Shown here: one piece after another, positions 12,803-24,635 of the stretch
How positions within the stretch are numbered: position 1 is the stretch's first letter
Layout: every line of letters begins with the position of its first letter
From: Sphaerodactylus townsendi
Lineage: Eukaryota
NCBI RefSeq assembly: GCF_021028975.2
Contig: NC_059426.1
Span: 143,778,001-143,842,000 of the forward strand
Reading direction: 5' to 3'
Length of the DNA: 64,000 bases
Notes under the pieces: generated by a model
Database searches by the model: none
Told to the model about the DNA's origin: nothing
What the model saw: only the letters and a program-made list of their open reading frames with translations
Program-made: the position numbers and the translations under genes

Positions 12803-13118
12803 AACCTAGATGGCCCATGCTAGGCTAATCTTATGAGATCTCAAACGGAAAGCCAGGTTGGCCCTGGTTAGTATTTAGATGAGAATCTGCAAAGGAAGTC
12901 CAGGGTTGCTACATGAAGGCAGGCAATGTCAAACCATCTCTGAAAGTCTCTTCCCTTGAAAACACTATGGCCGTAGTGGCGAACCTTTGGCACTCCAGAT
13001 GTTATGGACTACAATTCCCATCAGGGCTTATGGGAATTGTAGTCCATAGCATCTGGAGTGCCAAAGGTTCGCCACCACTGCACTATGGGGTTGCCAGGGG
13101 ACAGCTGTGACTTGATGG
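12803..13118 (+). mobile_element. 5S-derived SINE interrupted by a hAT MITE
   Basis: gccctggttagtatttagatgaga (5S-like), with the tail continuing after the insertion. Confidence 0.65.
12971..13080. mobile_element. Palindromic hAT MITE
   Basis: About 50-bp inverted arms ending AGGTTCGCCACCACTG; 8-bp TSD CACTATGG at 12963-12970 and 13081-13088. Confidence 0.92.
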
Positions 13119-13687
13119 GACTTTCCAACACCAATCTTTGCCACTTTTCTGCTCTGTGGTACATTTATTTTATTTTGTTGTATATTTCCCCCAGTATCCT
13201 TTTTCCTTATCTGCTTTTCCCTTATCTATACCAATCACCTTCTCCCTTGATCTGGCCTGTGTGACTTGTGTACGTGGAAGGAATGCAGCAAGTGGCTCAT
13301 CTTTGGGTACTGTTTTTCAAATTCTTCTAATGTATCCTGAAGCATTCTGAGTTTAAGGCAGGCATTGCAGAGATTCTGAGGAAGTGGAGGTGGTGATGGT
13401 ACAGGCCTGATGCCGGAACAGAATACAGTAGTAGAATTCTGAGGAGGAGAGAGAAATGTACCACTTCAGGTGGCATGTAAAGAGAACCCATTTTTAATGC
13501 TCCCCTCTGTGAAAATGTCCTATAAACAAAACATTATTATATCAGGGAGAAAAGAAACAGCAGATCCCTTTACATGCTGCACTAATTTCATTTGCATGGA
13601 AACTGAAAATATAATTCTGCCCTCTGCAGTGGTACAGTCCAGACTACTCAGTACTCTGTCAGTTTATTATTACCTCATTTTGTAACT

Positions 13688-13862
13688 CAGTGGTTCTCAA
13701 CCTTCCTAATGCTGCAACCCTTTAATACAGTTCCTCATGTTGTGGTGACCCCCAACCATAAAATTGGTATATATAAAATATAAAAAGACTGTTTTCCGAT
13801 GGTCTTAGGCAACCCCTGGGAAAGGGTCGTTCGACCCCCCCAAAGGGGTTCCGACCCCCAGG
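13688..13862 (-). mobile_element. SPIN (Space Invader) non-autonomous hAT element
   Basis: TIR CAGTGGTTCTCAACCT plus diagnostic internal sequence (cagttcctcatgttgtggtgacccccaaccataaaatt; gatggtcttaggc; gggtcgttcgacccc). The second TIR is deleted; flanked by YTGTAACT. Confidence 0.88.
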
Positions 13863-14739
13863 CTGTAACTCATCTAGAGCAACCAGGCTGCGTAGAGTAT
13901 TGCTTGCAACTGAATTGGAAAGGAGAAAGGGGGCACCTAACAGTCTGGGCCCAGGATAGTGAAGGGGCATGAGCCTGATTCAACATTCAGTTGGCCTCTC
14001 ATGAGTCTGCCCTCTCCCAAGCTACTGTTACACCAACAAGCGTGTAGTTCTCCGAACAGCTGTCCTCCTATTGTCACAATCACTTCTTCCATTTCTAATG
14101 GAGCCTATCTAATGATAGGCTGAGGCCTATCATTACATAACAAAAATATATTATGTGGAATGACAGGAAGTTGCCACATGGGTTGTTCCGTATCCCAGGC
14201 TGAGGAAGGAAGAAAATATTTTCCTGAAGGAAACTAGGTTATGAGGACAGGTTCTTCCTTGGCTACAGCTGGGGATTTTAGGAAATATTTCGCATGAAAA
14301 GGAAACACCTCCTTGACAGTGGTCAGGGTAGGAGTGTAACAAACATGTGCCTGTGTCCCTGTGTGCACACAACCACACATGCAGAAAACCATATTTTGAC
14401 CTTACTTATATCCCACCTTGTCTCCTCAGGTTTACCAAAGCAGCACTAGCTGCAAGGACACAAAAACAATATCAGTGCCCAGCGATAAGACAAAAACAAG
14501 GTTAGCCTCCTCCAAATGGGTCTATGAAATAAAACTGTCTTACACAACTTCATGAAGATGCTGAGTGAAGGAACCCTCTGCACTCACTCTGCTAGACCAT
14601 TCCATAGTAATGGATAGAATGGACAGCCCCAGGTGGGGAATCCCTGGGAGAAAAATGGGAGCAGCGATTTTAAAAATTGCTTTAAAAAAAATCAAAACAT
14701 TTATATCTTGCTTTTCTTCCCACCAGGGCTTAAAGGAGT

Positions 14740-15036
14740 NNNNNNNNNNNNNNNNNNNNNNNNNNNNNNNNNNNNNNNNNNNNNNNNNNNNNNNNNNNNN
14801 NNNNNNNNNNNNNNNNNNNNNNNNNNNNNNNNNNNNNNNNNNNNNNNNNNNNNNNNNNNNNNNNNNNNNNNNNNNNNNNNNNNNNNNNNNNNNNNNNNNN
14901 NNNNNNNNNNNNNNNNNNNNNNNNNNNNNNNNNNNNNNNNNNNNNNNNNNNNNNNNNNNNNNNNNNNNNNNNNNNNNNNNNNNNNNNNNNNNNNNNNNNN
15001 NNNNNNNNNNNNNNNNNNNNNNNNNNNNNNNNNNNN
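14740..15036. other. Assembly gap
   Basis: Run of N. Confidence 0.99.
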
Positions 15037-15050
15037 CATCTGGTTAGTTC

Positions 15051-15186
15051 CAGTGGTGGGATTCAAATAATTTAACAACCGGTTCCAGTGGTGGGATTCA
15101 AATAATCTAACAACTGGTTGTTTACAAGCGCCATTTTAACAACCGGTTCTACCAAAGTGATGTGAACCTGCTGAATCCCACCATTG
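15051..15186. mobile_element. hAT MITE (TIR CAGTGGTGGGATTCA)
   Basis: TIRs plus 8-bp TSD GTTAGTTC at 15043-15050 and 15187-15194; the first 35 bp are internally duplicated. Confidence 0.9.
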
Positions 15187-16031
15187 GTTAGTTCACTCAG
15201 AGCCACAGGCGAAGCCACTGTCTGACAGCCAAGAGACAAAGACCTTTTGGGTTCTTTCCCTACAGCTCACTGCAGAAGGGTCACAATGCTGGCTAAAGAC
15301 ACCTCGGGCTGAACATTTCCTGGCTAAATACCTGTAACAAGAAGAGGAGCAAAGGCTCAGCCCAGATCTTATGGCACCAGCAGACACATTCCCAAGATCC
15401 CTCTCCCTTGCTAGAAAAGCCTCTGCCCTTGCCTTTAATATCTGTCATGTTTTTCCTCCTGCTAGTGAAGCGTTGCTCATATTTATGAAGCTCTATAAAT
15501 AATATGTTTTTATATTCATACAAACCCAGTTGCTGAACGAGTGTTGAATATTCAACACTCAACAGATGGTTGTTCTTATAATCGCTTTAAAATGGAAATG
15601 ACCAGTTGCTGAAGCTAAAATATTCATTCCATTTCACTCGCTCCACAAGGCCCTTCTTACCCAATGTTCTGGTCTGTAGAAAAACCCACAAGGGATTTCT
15701 TTTTAAATATACACAGTGGCAGGGACAGAATCACGTGGCAGAGGAGGGATAGCAGCTTAGTGGCAGAGTATCTGCTTGGCATGCCCAAGGTCGCAGGTGC
15801 AGTCTCTATCATCTCCATTTAAAAGGCTTAGGTAGCAGCCACGGGCAGACTGCTAGGGAACAACTGTTGGAGTTTGCCACACAGAGAAAAGGCTAACACA
15901 CTGATTAAAAGGGTAAAAGGTAAATGTTAACTAGGAACTACATTTTACTATGGAATTTAGTTGGTTTTTGTATAGTTTTCAGTGGGAGGGAACCTGTCCC
16001 TTTAAGAAGCCCTTTATAGGCAAAAGCACTA

Positions 16032-16639
16032 CAGTGGAACCTCGGTTTTCATTGGTAATCCGTCCAAAAAAACCCAACAAAAACAAAAACAAAAACCTCA
16101 TCAATAGGAATCAATGTAAATCCAGTTAATTCATTCTAGACACATAAGAACATAAGAACAAGCCAGCTGGATCAGACCAGAGTCCATCTAGTCCAGCTCT
16201 CTGCTACTCGCAGTAGCCCACCAGGTCCAGCTGTCTAAGGAAAGACACTCCAGAATACATACCAAAAACACAATTGTAGTGAATAAAGTGAAATATAGTG
16301 AATATAGTGAAAACAATAACAAACAGGCACTGGATTATTTTTACAAACCAGTAAAGAAAGCCTACATTGCACAAAATAAATAACTTGCCTTTAAAATCTG
16401 CAAAACAACCTTGGAAGGTGTACACAAGCAGGCTCTGGATGCTCACACAACGAGACATTGAGCAGGAAATTGTGAGGTCACATGGCTGACGAGAGCAGGT
16501 GAGGTCACATGACCACCAAGAGCACACCGACGAAATCTGAGGCAACCCGACGAAAAGTGAGACAAATTTTTTCGTGGAAAAAATCAACGAAATCTGAATC
16601 CAGCGAAAACCGAAGTCGACGAAAGCCGTGGTTCCACTG
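16032..16639. mobile_element. Tigger/pogo-like non-autonomous Tc1/mariner element
   Basis: TIR CAGTGGAACCTCGG…CCGTGGTTCCACTG with TA on both sides. Confidence 0.85.
16143..16226 (-). mobile_element. CR1 3' end nested in the Tigger-like element
   Basis: cataagaacataagaa tail; reverse complement of 4515-4597. Confidence 0.75.
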
Positions 16640-17526
16640 TATAGCATTCTTATTGGTTACCAGTTCCTGTTTTACAGTTTTGTTTTTAGTTCAGGTGCCT
16701 GGGAAAGGCTGGCGATAGCAATATCTCAGACATTTAAGGTGTAAAAGATCAGCGATATTTTAAGAAATACAGTTTCAACAGAATTGCAAGGAAACAGAGT
16801 CCAAGTAGAGGACACCGGGAGATCTCAGAGGCAGTACAAGCAGCACAGGCTTCCTTAGAAGCAGTTAAGGAAAGAGTTTATGTCTGCAAGCTCTTCAAAC
16901 CATCTCCAAATGTTTCCAGCATTGCAAGTATTCTTTATTTAGATGGACTTCATGGGAGGAGTCAGAGTCCTAAACTTTCAATATTATTAAACCATTTTTG
17001 AACTGTTACTTATTTGTCTGTGGGTCTTACACTCTGTTCTAGCCAAATGTAAGGCGCCTGAACTTTAGTTTGCTTGGGGAACAGAACATGCTGCTATCTT
17101 ATTATCTAGAAAGAGTCTCTGCAACTAAGATCTAAGAAGAAGCAGGATAGATACCTGAGAGTATCAGTCTAAGGAAAGACAAGAGATGGCACAAAAGGAC
17201 AAAGTGGTCACTAACTCTACAGCCCTGTCTAGCTGACCATTTGCCTGCCTCCTGCTGGGTCCTCTTCACAGTTCCTTTGCACATTAGATATTGCTACATT
17301 CAACAACAACAGCCCTGGAAAAGGGCTCTGTTCCCAGCCTGGGTCAGCTTCACTCCCAAAGGAGGGAGAGATAAGTAGGCAACCAGCTAGGTGGCCGTCA
17401 CTACCCCTCACAGAGCTCAGCCCTGTCAATGTACTGTGCGTGATTCTCCCAGACTAGAAGCTGCCTTCCTTAGGTTATCTTAGAGAAATGGATATCGCTT
17501 ACAGGGAAATTCCAAAAGTGACACCA

Positions 17527-17529
<3 letters not shown>

Positions 17530-17586
<57 letters not shown>

Positions 17587-17597
17587 CATCTATCCAT
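17530..17597. repeat. Compound (CT)n/(TCTA)n/(TTTA)n microsatellite
   Basis: Direct observation. Confidence 0.92.
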
Positions 17598-18825
17598 CTA
17601 TCTATTTATTTATTTATGGGATTTCTATACCACCCAATCCCCAAAGGGCTCTGGGCGGTGTACAACTATAAGAATCACTGAAATTTCATAGTAAAACCAT
17701 AGAGTTGTTGGCAGTTCCTAGAGAGCCATGACATCACTTGTGGGTTTTCTTGAACTTCATGGCATTTTTCAGAATTTTAGTTTTCTATCCCTGCTGCTCT
17801 AAGTGGCAGCAGGAAATGCCAGCCAGGGAGCTGACAACTCTACTAGCAGTATGAGGGTATCTTCAGGTGTTCAAGTCAACCTGTATAACAAAACTCTGGA
17901 AACAATTTCTTTTAGAGTCAAGCAGATCACAGTAGGGGAAAATATTTGACAGAGAAGAAACAAGGAGACGGGTTTTTAATCTTCCCTCCATCCGCCTCTT
18001 TTCCTCTTTATTTCCTCAAGTCACTTCCTCCACCTACCCTCACTGCAAGACTCCAGATACATTTTTGTGGGGCTAAACACTCATCCAGAATCCTTTGGGG
18101 AGTAGTTTTGGGAACTTTTTGGCACAAAAATAGCAAGAAAGAGAAGCATCCCTCCTCACAGTGCTCCAGTTTGGCCTGTTCTTAAACGACTTTTCCCTGG
18201 ATGAAACTGTTTTTGACAGACACATTCATCTCTAATGAGCAGTTTAGTCTTTAAGCCCATTATAAAGCAATAAAGAGAAGAAAAAGTGGCAGAAGTCAGG
18301 AGGGCTACACACTGCATCGTAGGCTATGGCTTGGGGTGGCCAAGTTTTAAAAGCACCCCAGACCCTTTTGAATGAGGTGACTATGGGAAGCACATGTAGC
18401 ACATAACTCAAGTGGTGAGTAGACAATAAGGATTTTTGCAAGATTGCAGAAGAAAACGGTGAACAACTTTGAATCATATGCCTTCATAACCATAGCACTT
18501 CCACTAAGGAGCACATCTCAGGTTCCACTGTGGTGCTGCAAAGATACTGGAAGGTTGCCAACAACCTGGAGGAGAAAATGTGTTGCCCCTTTAACAGACT
18601 TCATGGGATGTTATTTACCTGTGTGCCATGAAAAACTTCAACTGCCCATTTCCACGTGTTAAGTCTCTGCTAAAGGGGGCAACACGTTTCCTCCTCTAAG
18701 TTGTTTTCAACCCTAGATGCTGGGTCATTACTTTCAGTTCAGAGGGTGCATAATTTACCCTGGAAAGGCTGCCAGCACCAGCCCTGCCCCCAAGTTCCAG
18801 TGAACACACATACAATCCATATACA

Positions 18826-18950
18826 GGTTGTGGTGGGTTTTTCAGGCTGTGTGGCCGTGGTCTGGTAGATCTTGTTCCTAATGTTTCACCTGCATGTGTG
18901 GCTGGCATCTTCAGAGGTGTATCACAGAGAAAAAGTCTGTTACACACTGT
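18826..18950 (-). mobile_element. Penelope-like fragment with a hammerhead motif (18877-18917)
   Basis: Same family as 9653; reverse complement reads cct-CTGAAGA…GAAAcatt-agg. Confidence 0.75.
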
Positions 18951-20571
18951 GTCTAGACTGTGGAAATTTTCAGCATCCTTGCAATGCCAAAGTCATCTCT
19001 GAGGTTTTCAGCACAATCAATATCCAAATAATCTGTTGAACTGAACTGAACTGACACCCTAATTATGTAGCTATATAGTTAATGCAAATATTGTCCTCCA
19101 TAGTAATTTTCCCAATTGAAAACCCTTTATGAGGTGCTCAGGTGATTGATAAAATGTAATCATAATATAATTGTGATTTTGTTGCAATTGTACACATTAT
19201 TTTCTGCCCCTCCAAATATTCAGGGCAGTTTGCAATATAACAGGTGATATTTCCATCATAACCCACCAGTAAAGCAGCCAACGAAAATTGTCACAGCTCA
19301 ACAGATTTTTCAAAATCAGTATTGGAATCTCTATGAAATAGAAATTTTGCAAGCCTTTTGTTAAAAATGCCAGAGAGGGGATTCCAGGTGAGCATTCGAT
19401 AGGATTGGAGTGGCCCTCAAGAATGAGTAGGGCCTCACAACAAGGTATGCTGAGGTGAGATATAGGTGACCATCTTTGTTTTTCCTTTAAATGTGTCAGT
19501 TTAGGAAAACAGGGGGAATCTAAAGCTGCACATTTACTTGGGATTGAAAGCATAAAGGATTCGCAAGGACACTTACTGAAATGTCAGTTTTCGTGAGCTA
19601 GGACAAATACGATTCTTAATTGCATCTTTGTTTGAATTATCTTTGTTTTCACTACAACAGACTAACACAACCACCACAGTGGAATCTGTAACTTGGGAGT
19701 AAACCCAGTTTGGCAATTAGTCCCAATTTTTTGCAAGACAAATTACAGAGGGGATCTTACTGTTTATTATTAATGGGAGCTGTTGAATAACAGACACATA
19801 AGCATACAGCAAGAGCATCAGGGGCTGTCGTTCAGCGCATGTCATGCATACAGAAACTCCCTGGTTTATTTATTCATTCGTTTCAGCAGCAGCAGCAGTG
19901 TGAAGGGCAACAGGAATGCCTACTTATGCTACTCCCCAGAGAGGTCTGCAAAAATTGACACTAAACCATGCAACGAACAACAGTTATGAAAAGAAAACAG
20001 CCTTGTGAAATATTTTCTTCAGTTTTCAATAAGATCTTAGATGAAAAGTCAGCAACTCAGTGAGAAGCAGCCTTAAAGTTCACCACTATTCCTAATTCAC
20101 CCCAAATGTTGTGTCACGCGCACCAATTTAACCTGTTGCTCTAGTCTATGCAATCCCTTGCACACAGAACCAGCCAGACCATTCGGCAAACTTGGCAAAC
20201 AATCACTCCATGCGCCAGATTTCAAGGAGTGCCAGCATGGTGAGAGAACCCTTCTTGTCCCCATGTGCCTTTCTCCTGGAGGACAATGGGAAGCTCTGCC
20301 CACCTGCCATCTTCCTTTCCTTTGCTTCTCCTGACTCACACCCCCCCCCCCAAGTCATCTGACTCGCTGCTGTTTCCTCATCCAATAGCCTGGCTGGGAG
20401 GACGGCATGGTGTAATGCAAGGAACCTGGCAGCAGCAGCACCCAGACTATTCCCACCTCACTTCACACCCTGCAAGAGGACAACATCACAGAGCAGCAGT
20501 GTGCCACATGTCACTGCCTTATACTGAATCAGACCATTGGTCCATCAAGGCAAGTATTGTTTAATCAGACT

Positions 20572-21046
20572 TGTAGGGGTGAGCCCGCGAACCCAGCAGA
20601 ACCGTAGAAGGAGCGCCTGGCATGCCGGTGCCGGCTACGGCCTTCTGGGCGCACACGCTCCCCCAACCCCCACTCCCCCATGAGTCACGGGTCATGAACT
20701 ACCTGACTCGTGGTCACCAGCTGTCCCACACAATGGGACAAAAGGGGCTCTTGCCCTCAGGTGAGGATTAGGCCCGGACGCGGATGCTTCCTCCCGCACG
20801 TAGCCACCTGATGAGATCATACATCACATGATGATCTCCCGTTCTCCCGCTCTCCCGACCTCCCGCTCTCCCGCCTGCCCGACCCCTTTACACGCCCCCA
20901 GTGAAACCCTAATAAAAGGTGTGAGGGGCGAGCACACGGCAGAGTTGCCAGGATCACGGGATCCCGCGCTTCCTGCTGCTGGCGCTCTCCACCAGATGAA
21001 ATCTCCGCGTCTCGCTCTTCCTTGGGGCCTCGTGGGCAAGACTACA
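20572..21046 (+). mobile_element. Solo LTR, young and CpG-rich
   Basis: TGTAG…CTACA termini; 6-bp TSD CAGACT at 20566-20571 and 21047-21052; AATAAA at 20911; interrupts an older SINE-like element. Confidence 0.85.
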
Positions 21047-21577
21047 CAGACTGGCAGTGGCTCTCCGGCTGCCAAGCAGAAGTCTCGCACATGACCCAAT
21101 ACCTAATCCTTTTACCTGGAGGCACCAAGAATTGAAGCTAGGACCCTCTGCATGACGAGCCGATGGCCCACCACTGAGCCACAATCCCTCCTGATAGACC
21201 TCCCAGATGCCCCTCTTGGCAGCCACTCTAGAGAATTCACACATGCACAGAGGTTGGAAGGAAGGTCCGCAGGTGGCTCCCAAGGTAGGCTGTGCTAGCT
21301 TGCCTGCCTGTGGTAGCAGAGCAAGGCTGTGCAACTTGACTTCCTGCAGAGCAAGTCCAAGGAGATCCAGCGCTCCCACAGGAGACCTTGTGTGCTGCCT
21401 GGAATGCCACAATGGAGGGTCAGAATATAAAAGGAGGTAATAGATAAATTCTGTGATTCAGACCCACCAATCCTTTCAGGTCCATCACTCATATCTACCT
21501 TGTTACTGACATGTTCAGTAGTGCTGTGGGAGGTGGGGCAAACCCCATCATCCCAATAGACAGGTTGGCCCTGCTTC

Positions 21578-21707
21578 CAGGGGTCTGCAACCTGCGGCTC
21601 TCCAGATGTTCATGGACTATAATTCCCATCAGCCCCTGCCAGCATGGCCAATTGGCAGCATGGCCAATTGTCCATGAACATCTGGAGAGCTGCAGGTTGC
21701 AGACCCC
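21578..21707. mobile_element. Palindromic hAT MITE (TIR CAGGGGTCTGCAACCTG)
   Basis: Inverted arms; interior shared with the 12971 MITE. Confidence 0.8.
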
Positions 21708-22121
21708 AATCCAGACAGTCATACCAGGGGCATTAAATGACTTCTAGAATCTCCATATATGTTGATATCTGTTGGGCCAGCTCCGCATGCATGCCATGGC
21801 CACAAAAGGAGCAGTACATGAACTGTTTCTTGATCATTTAACATCTTAACCATTGATATGATATTTATTTGTAATTCTATGTTGTTAATCTCGCTGAGCC
21901 TGGCTTTAGTCAGGAAGGACAGGATAAAAAATATAATAAATAAATAAAATGAGAGTTAAAGCTCCAGCATCTCTTGCTGCAGCCTCACAGTACAACAGAG
22001 ACAGAAAACTCCAGAATGTGCTTAAAGGCCTTATCCAAAGCTCAGGAGATGTACATGCAGGGTGAATTCCCAGCTATGCTGTCATGGTTTCAGTACTGAA
22101 GGGAGACTAGGTTTTCTTTGA

Positions 22122-22541
22122 AGAGTAGCAATTATTTTTTTATATATAAACCTTTAATGGCATAATTAAAACAGCAGCAATATACCAGAAAAATGGCGAC
22201 CTCAGTGTAATGATACAATCTCCAGTACAGTTATAACCGTTTGCTGATGACAGAGCACAAAAAGTTAGCCAGCGCTTCCAATACACTTGCAGAACCACAA
22301 TCCAACATCGTTACCACAATTGATAGAGTGGCAATTATTTTTTTTATATATAAACCTTTAATGGCATAATTAAAACAGCAGCAATATACCAGAAAAATGG
22401 CGACCTCAGTGTAATGATACAATCTCCAGTACAGTTATAACCGTTTGCTGATGACAGAGCACAAAAAGTTAGCCAGCGCTTCCAATACACTTGCAGAACC
22501 ACAATCCAACATCGTTACCACAATTGATAGAGTAGCAATTA
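22122..22541 (-). mobile_element. Tandemly duplicated 5'-truncated non-LTR retrotransposon end (about 190 bp x2)
   Basis: Each unit reads …VLEALANFLCSVISKRL* then ATTAAA and an A-tail; three copies of the 13-bp AGAGTRGCAATTA. Confidence 0.8.
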
Positions 22542-22564
22542 ATGACTGAACATCTTGAGGGAAA

Positions 22565-22579
22565 CCAGTAGATGGCGGT
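22565..22579 (+). promoter_or_regulatory. Candidate CTCF site
   Basis: CCAGTAGATGGCGG fits the core CCASYAGRKGGCRS. Confidence 0.5.
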
Positions 22580-23018
22580 GCTAAATTAGGTAAATTCTCA
22601 TTATACTTGCTTCAAAGGACTACTGCTTGAGCTACCAGCTGACCTTATTAATAAGGGCTCCCTTAGTCCCTTAATACACAATTGTACAACCGATTTGTGT
22701 GAATGTCAAGCAATTGTCTGTTTTAGCCATTCCCATAAACTGGGGAAGCTGAGGCACATTGTAGGGATGTCTCCCATTGGGGGGAATGTAACGAGCAGGA
22801 CAATGAAGAAGGCTGAGGGGATCTTTCAAGCACAAATGCCTTTATGATCTTCCCCCTCCCCCACTTTATTTTATGGTTAACTTTTGGCTGCTTCTCATTT
22901 TTCTTCTTGGTATCCCTCTTGACAGCATTCTAATTGGGGTCCCTTCTTGGAGGTCTGCAGGCCGGGCTGGCCTTACCACTAGACACACCTAAGTGATTAA
23001 TCAAGGCTGCCGGAGCTT

Positions 23019-23160
23019 TGTCAAAAGCTTTCACGGCTGGAATCAACTGGCTGTTGCGGATTTTCCCGGCCACGTGGTTGTGGTCTGGTAATTTTCACTC
23101 CTACATTTTTGCCCACTCTCTAGAGGCATGTCACGGCAAGATGTGTTTCTCTCTGTGGCA
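23019..23160 (-). mobile_element. Old Penelope-like fragment
   Basis: tgtcaaaagctttcacggctggaatcaactgg is the reverse complement of the family terminus; hammerhead decayed. Confidence 0.6.
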
Positions 23161-23396
23161 CTTAGCAGCCAGACTTTGAGGGGAACCAAAAAGGTGAGAG
23201 GAACCTCTGCTAGTAGCTTGAAAGGGGGTTTGGCATTAATTTGCTTCTAGAGTCTCCATCTATGTTGACTGTGGTCTTTTATGGCTACCAGAATGAAACA
23301 CAACAGGCCTTGGAGGAGCTTATCCATTTTTATTTTAAACATTGTTCATTTTGAACAATGCCCAGTGAAATGTTCATTCTAGACTTCTCTTCTTTC

Positions 23397-23660
23397 TGGC
23401 ATAGTGGTTAAGAGCAGCGGACTCTAATTGGAGAGCTGGGTTTGATTCCCCACCCCGCCACTCGAGTGGCAGACTCTAATCTCATGAACCCAGTTTGTTT
23501 CCCTCCTCCTACATATGAAGCCTCTTGCATTACCTTCAGCCAATCACAGTTCTCTCAGAACACGCTCAGCCCCACAAGGTGTGGCAGGGGAAGGGAAGGT
23601 GATTGTAAGCCGCTTTAAGACTCCTTAAAGGTAGACAAAAGAACCAACTCTTCTTCTTTT
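23397..23660 (+). mobile_element. Squam3-type SINE
   Basis: tRNA head, gggtttgattcccc B-box and (CTT)n tail. Confidence 0.8.
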
Positions 23661-23696
23661 CTCTATTGAATGGGATGCCAAAGTCACAGTTTGCCT

Positions 23697-23749
23697 GGCA
23701 CTCCAGATGTTATGGACTACAATTCCCATCAGCCCCTGCCAGCATGACC
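23697..23749. mobile_element. Half of a palindromic hAT MITE
   Basis: Matches the left arm of 12971 and 21578. Confidence 0.7.
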
Positions 23750-23832
23750 TAGAGTGACAAAAAAGGTTAGGCCAGTCCTGGCTGCAGGAAGATGGGTGGA
23801 CTGGCTGGAGGGTAGCCAACCTGGATCTCCCC

Positions 23833-23996
23833 CAGAGGCGTAGCTCCAAGGGGAAGGGGGTGCACTACACACCGGGTGCGTGCCCCTGTGGGGGTGTGGC
23901 GAGGGCGTTCTGGGGCGGGGCAGGGGCATTCCGGGACGGGGCAGAGGCAGAGGACACACCAGTGCACCGGCACTTTTCCCCCTTGCTACGCCTCTG
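23833..23996. mobile_element. hAT MITE (TIR CAGAGGCGTAGC)
   Basis: Perfect 12-bp TIRs; 8-bp TSD ATCTCCCC at 23825-23832 and 23997-24004. Confidence 0.9.
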
Positions 23997-24635
23997 ATCT
24001 CCCCCTCCCATCAGTTTTGCAAATCCCCTATTCATAATCCATTATGAAGCATTTCAAGATAATACAGGCCCTTCTGTTCTCTCCTCATCGTTGTTAGTCA
24101 CATAAGTTATTGAGGCATGCAAAGAAATTTGACTTAACAAATACTTTAATAGGAATTTGCTCGCCGTCTGCCCTCTAAATTTCCTCCCCAGGGAGCAATG
24201 AAACTGGCAGATAGAAGATCGTAATTATCAAATCATAGTATACTCTAATAGGAGAGCCTTAATATTCATTAAGCCTGATATATAGTGCAGACTATCCTAC
24301 AGCATGCTTCCAGTGCTTCTGCACAAAGCCTGGCAACACTGTGTGTTAGATCAGGATTGGTATTTGCAAGACACAAGGAAGTATCAAATTGTCCTGTGTG
24401 ACCTGGCAAACGGAGCAGCAGTGGCAAAACTAGTACATATATTTTTATAATACTGGTCTGATGACAGCAGTATTTATAAGTAATTGATCATGGTCAGCTA
24501 CAGGTTTCCAGATTAGACAACAGGATATGAGTTCACCCAGGCGCTGCTGAGGCAGGCAGTCCAACCAGAGCCGATGGGGAAAGACAAGGCCACACCCAGC
24601 AATGCACCAGCAGCAATCCCACAGCCTGACAAATC

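Noticed and set aside
10040-12900. 5S rRNA and tRNA gene-like sequences
   Set aside because: Degenerate and fused to SINE bodies; not functional RNA genes.
14565-15078. ORFs containing X runs (also 5321-5657)
   Set aside because: Artefacts of N gaps.
22122-22541. CRISPR-like repeat-spacer appearance
   Set aside because: Eukaryotic DNA; the 'spacers' are identical retroposon copies and the repeats are TSDs.
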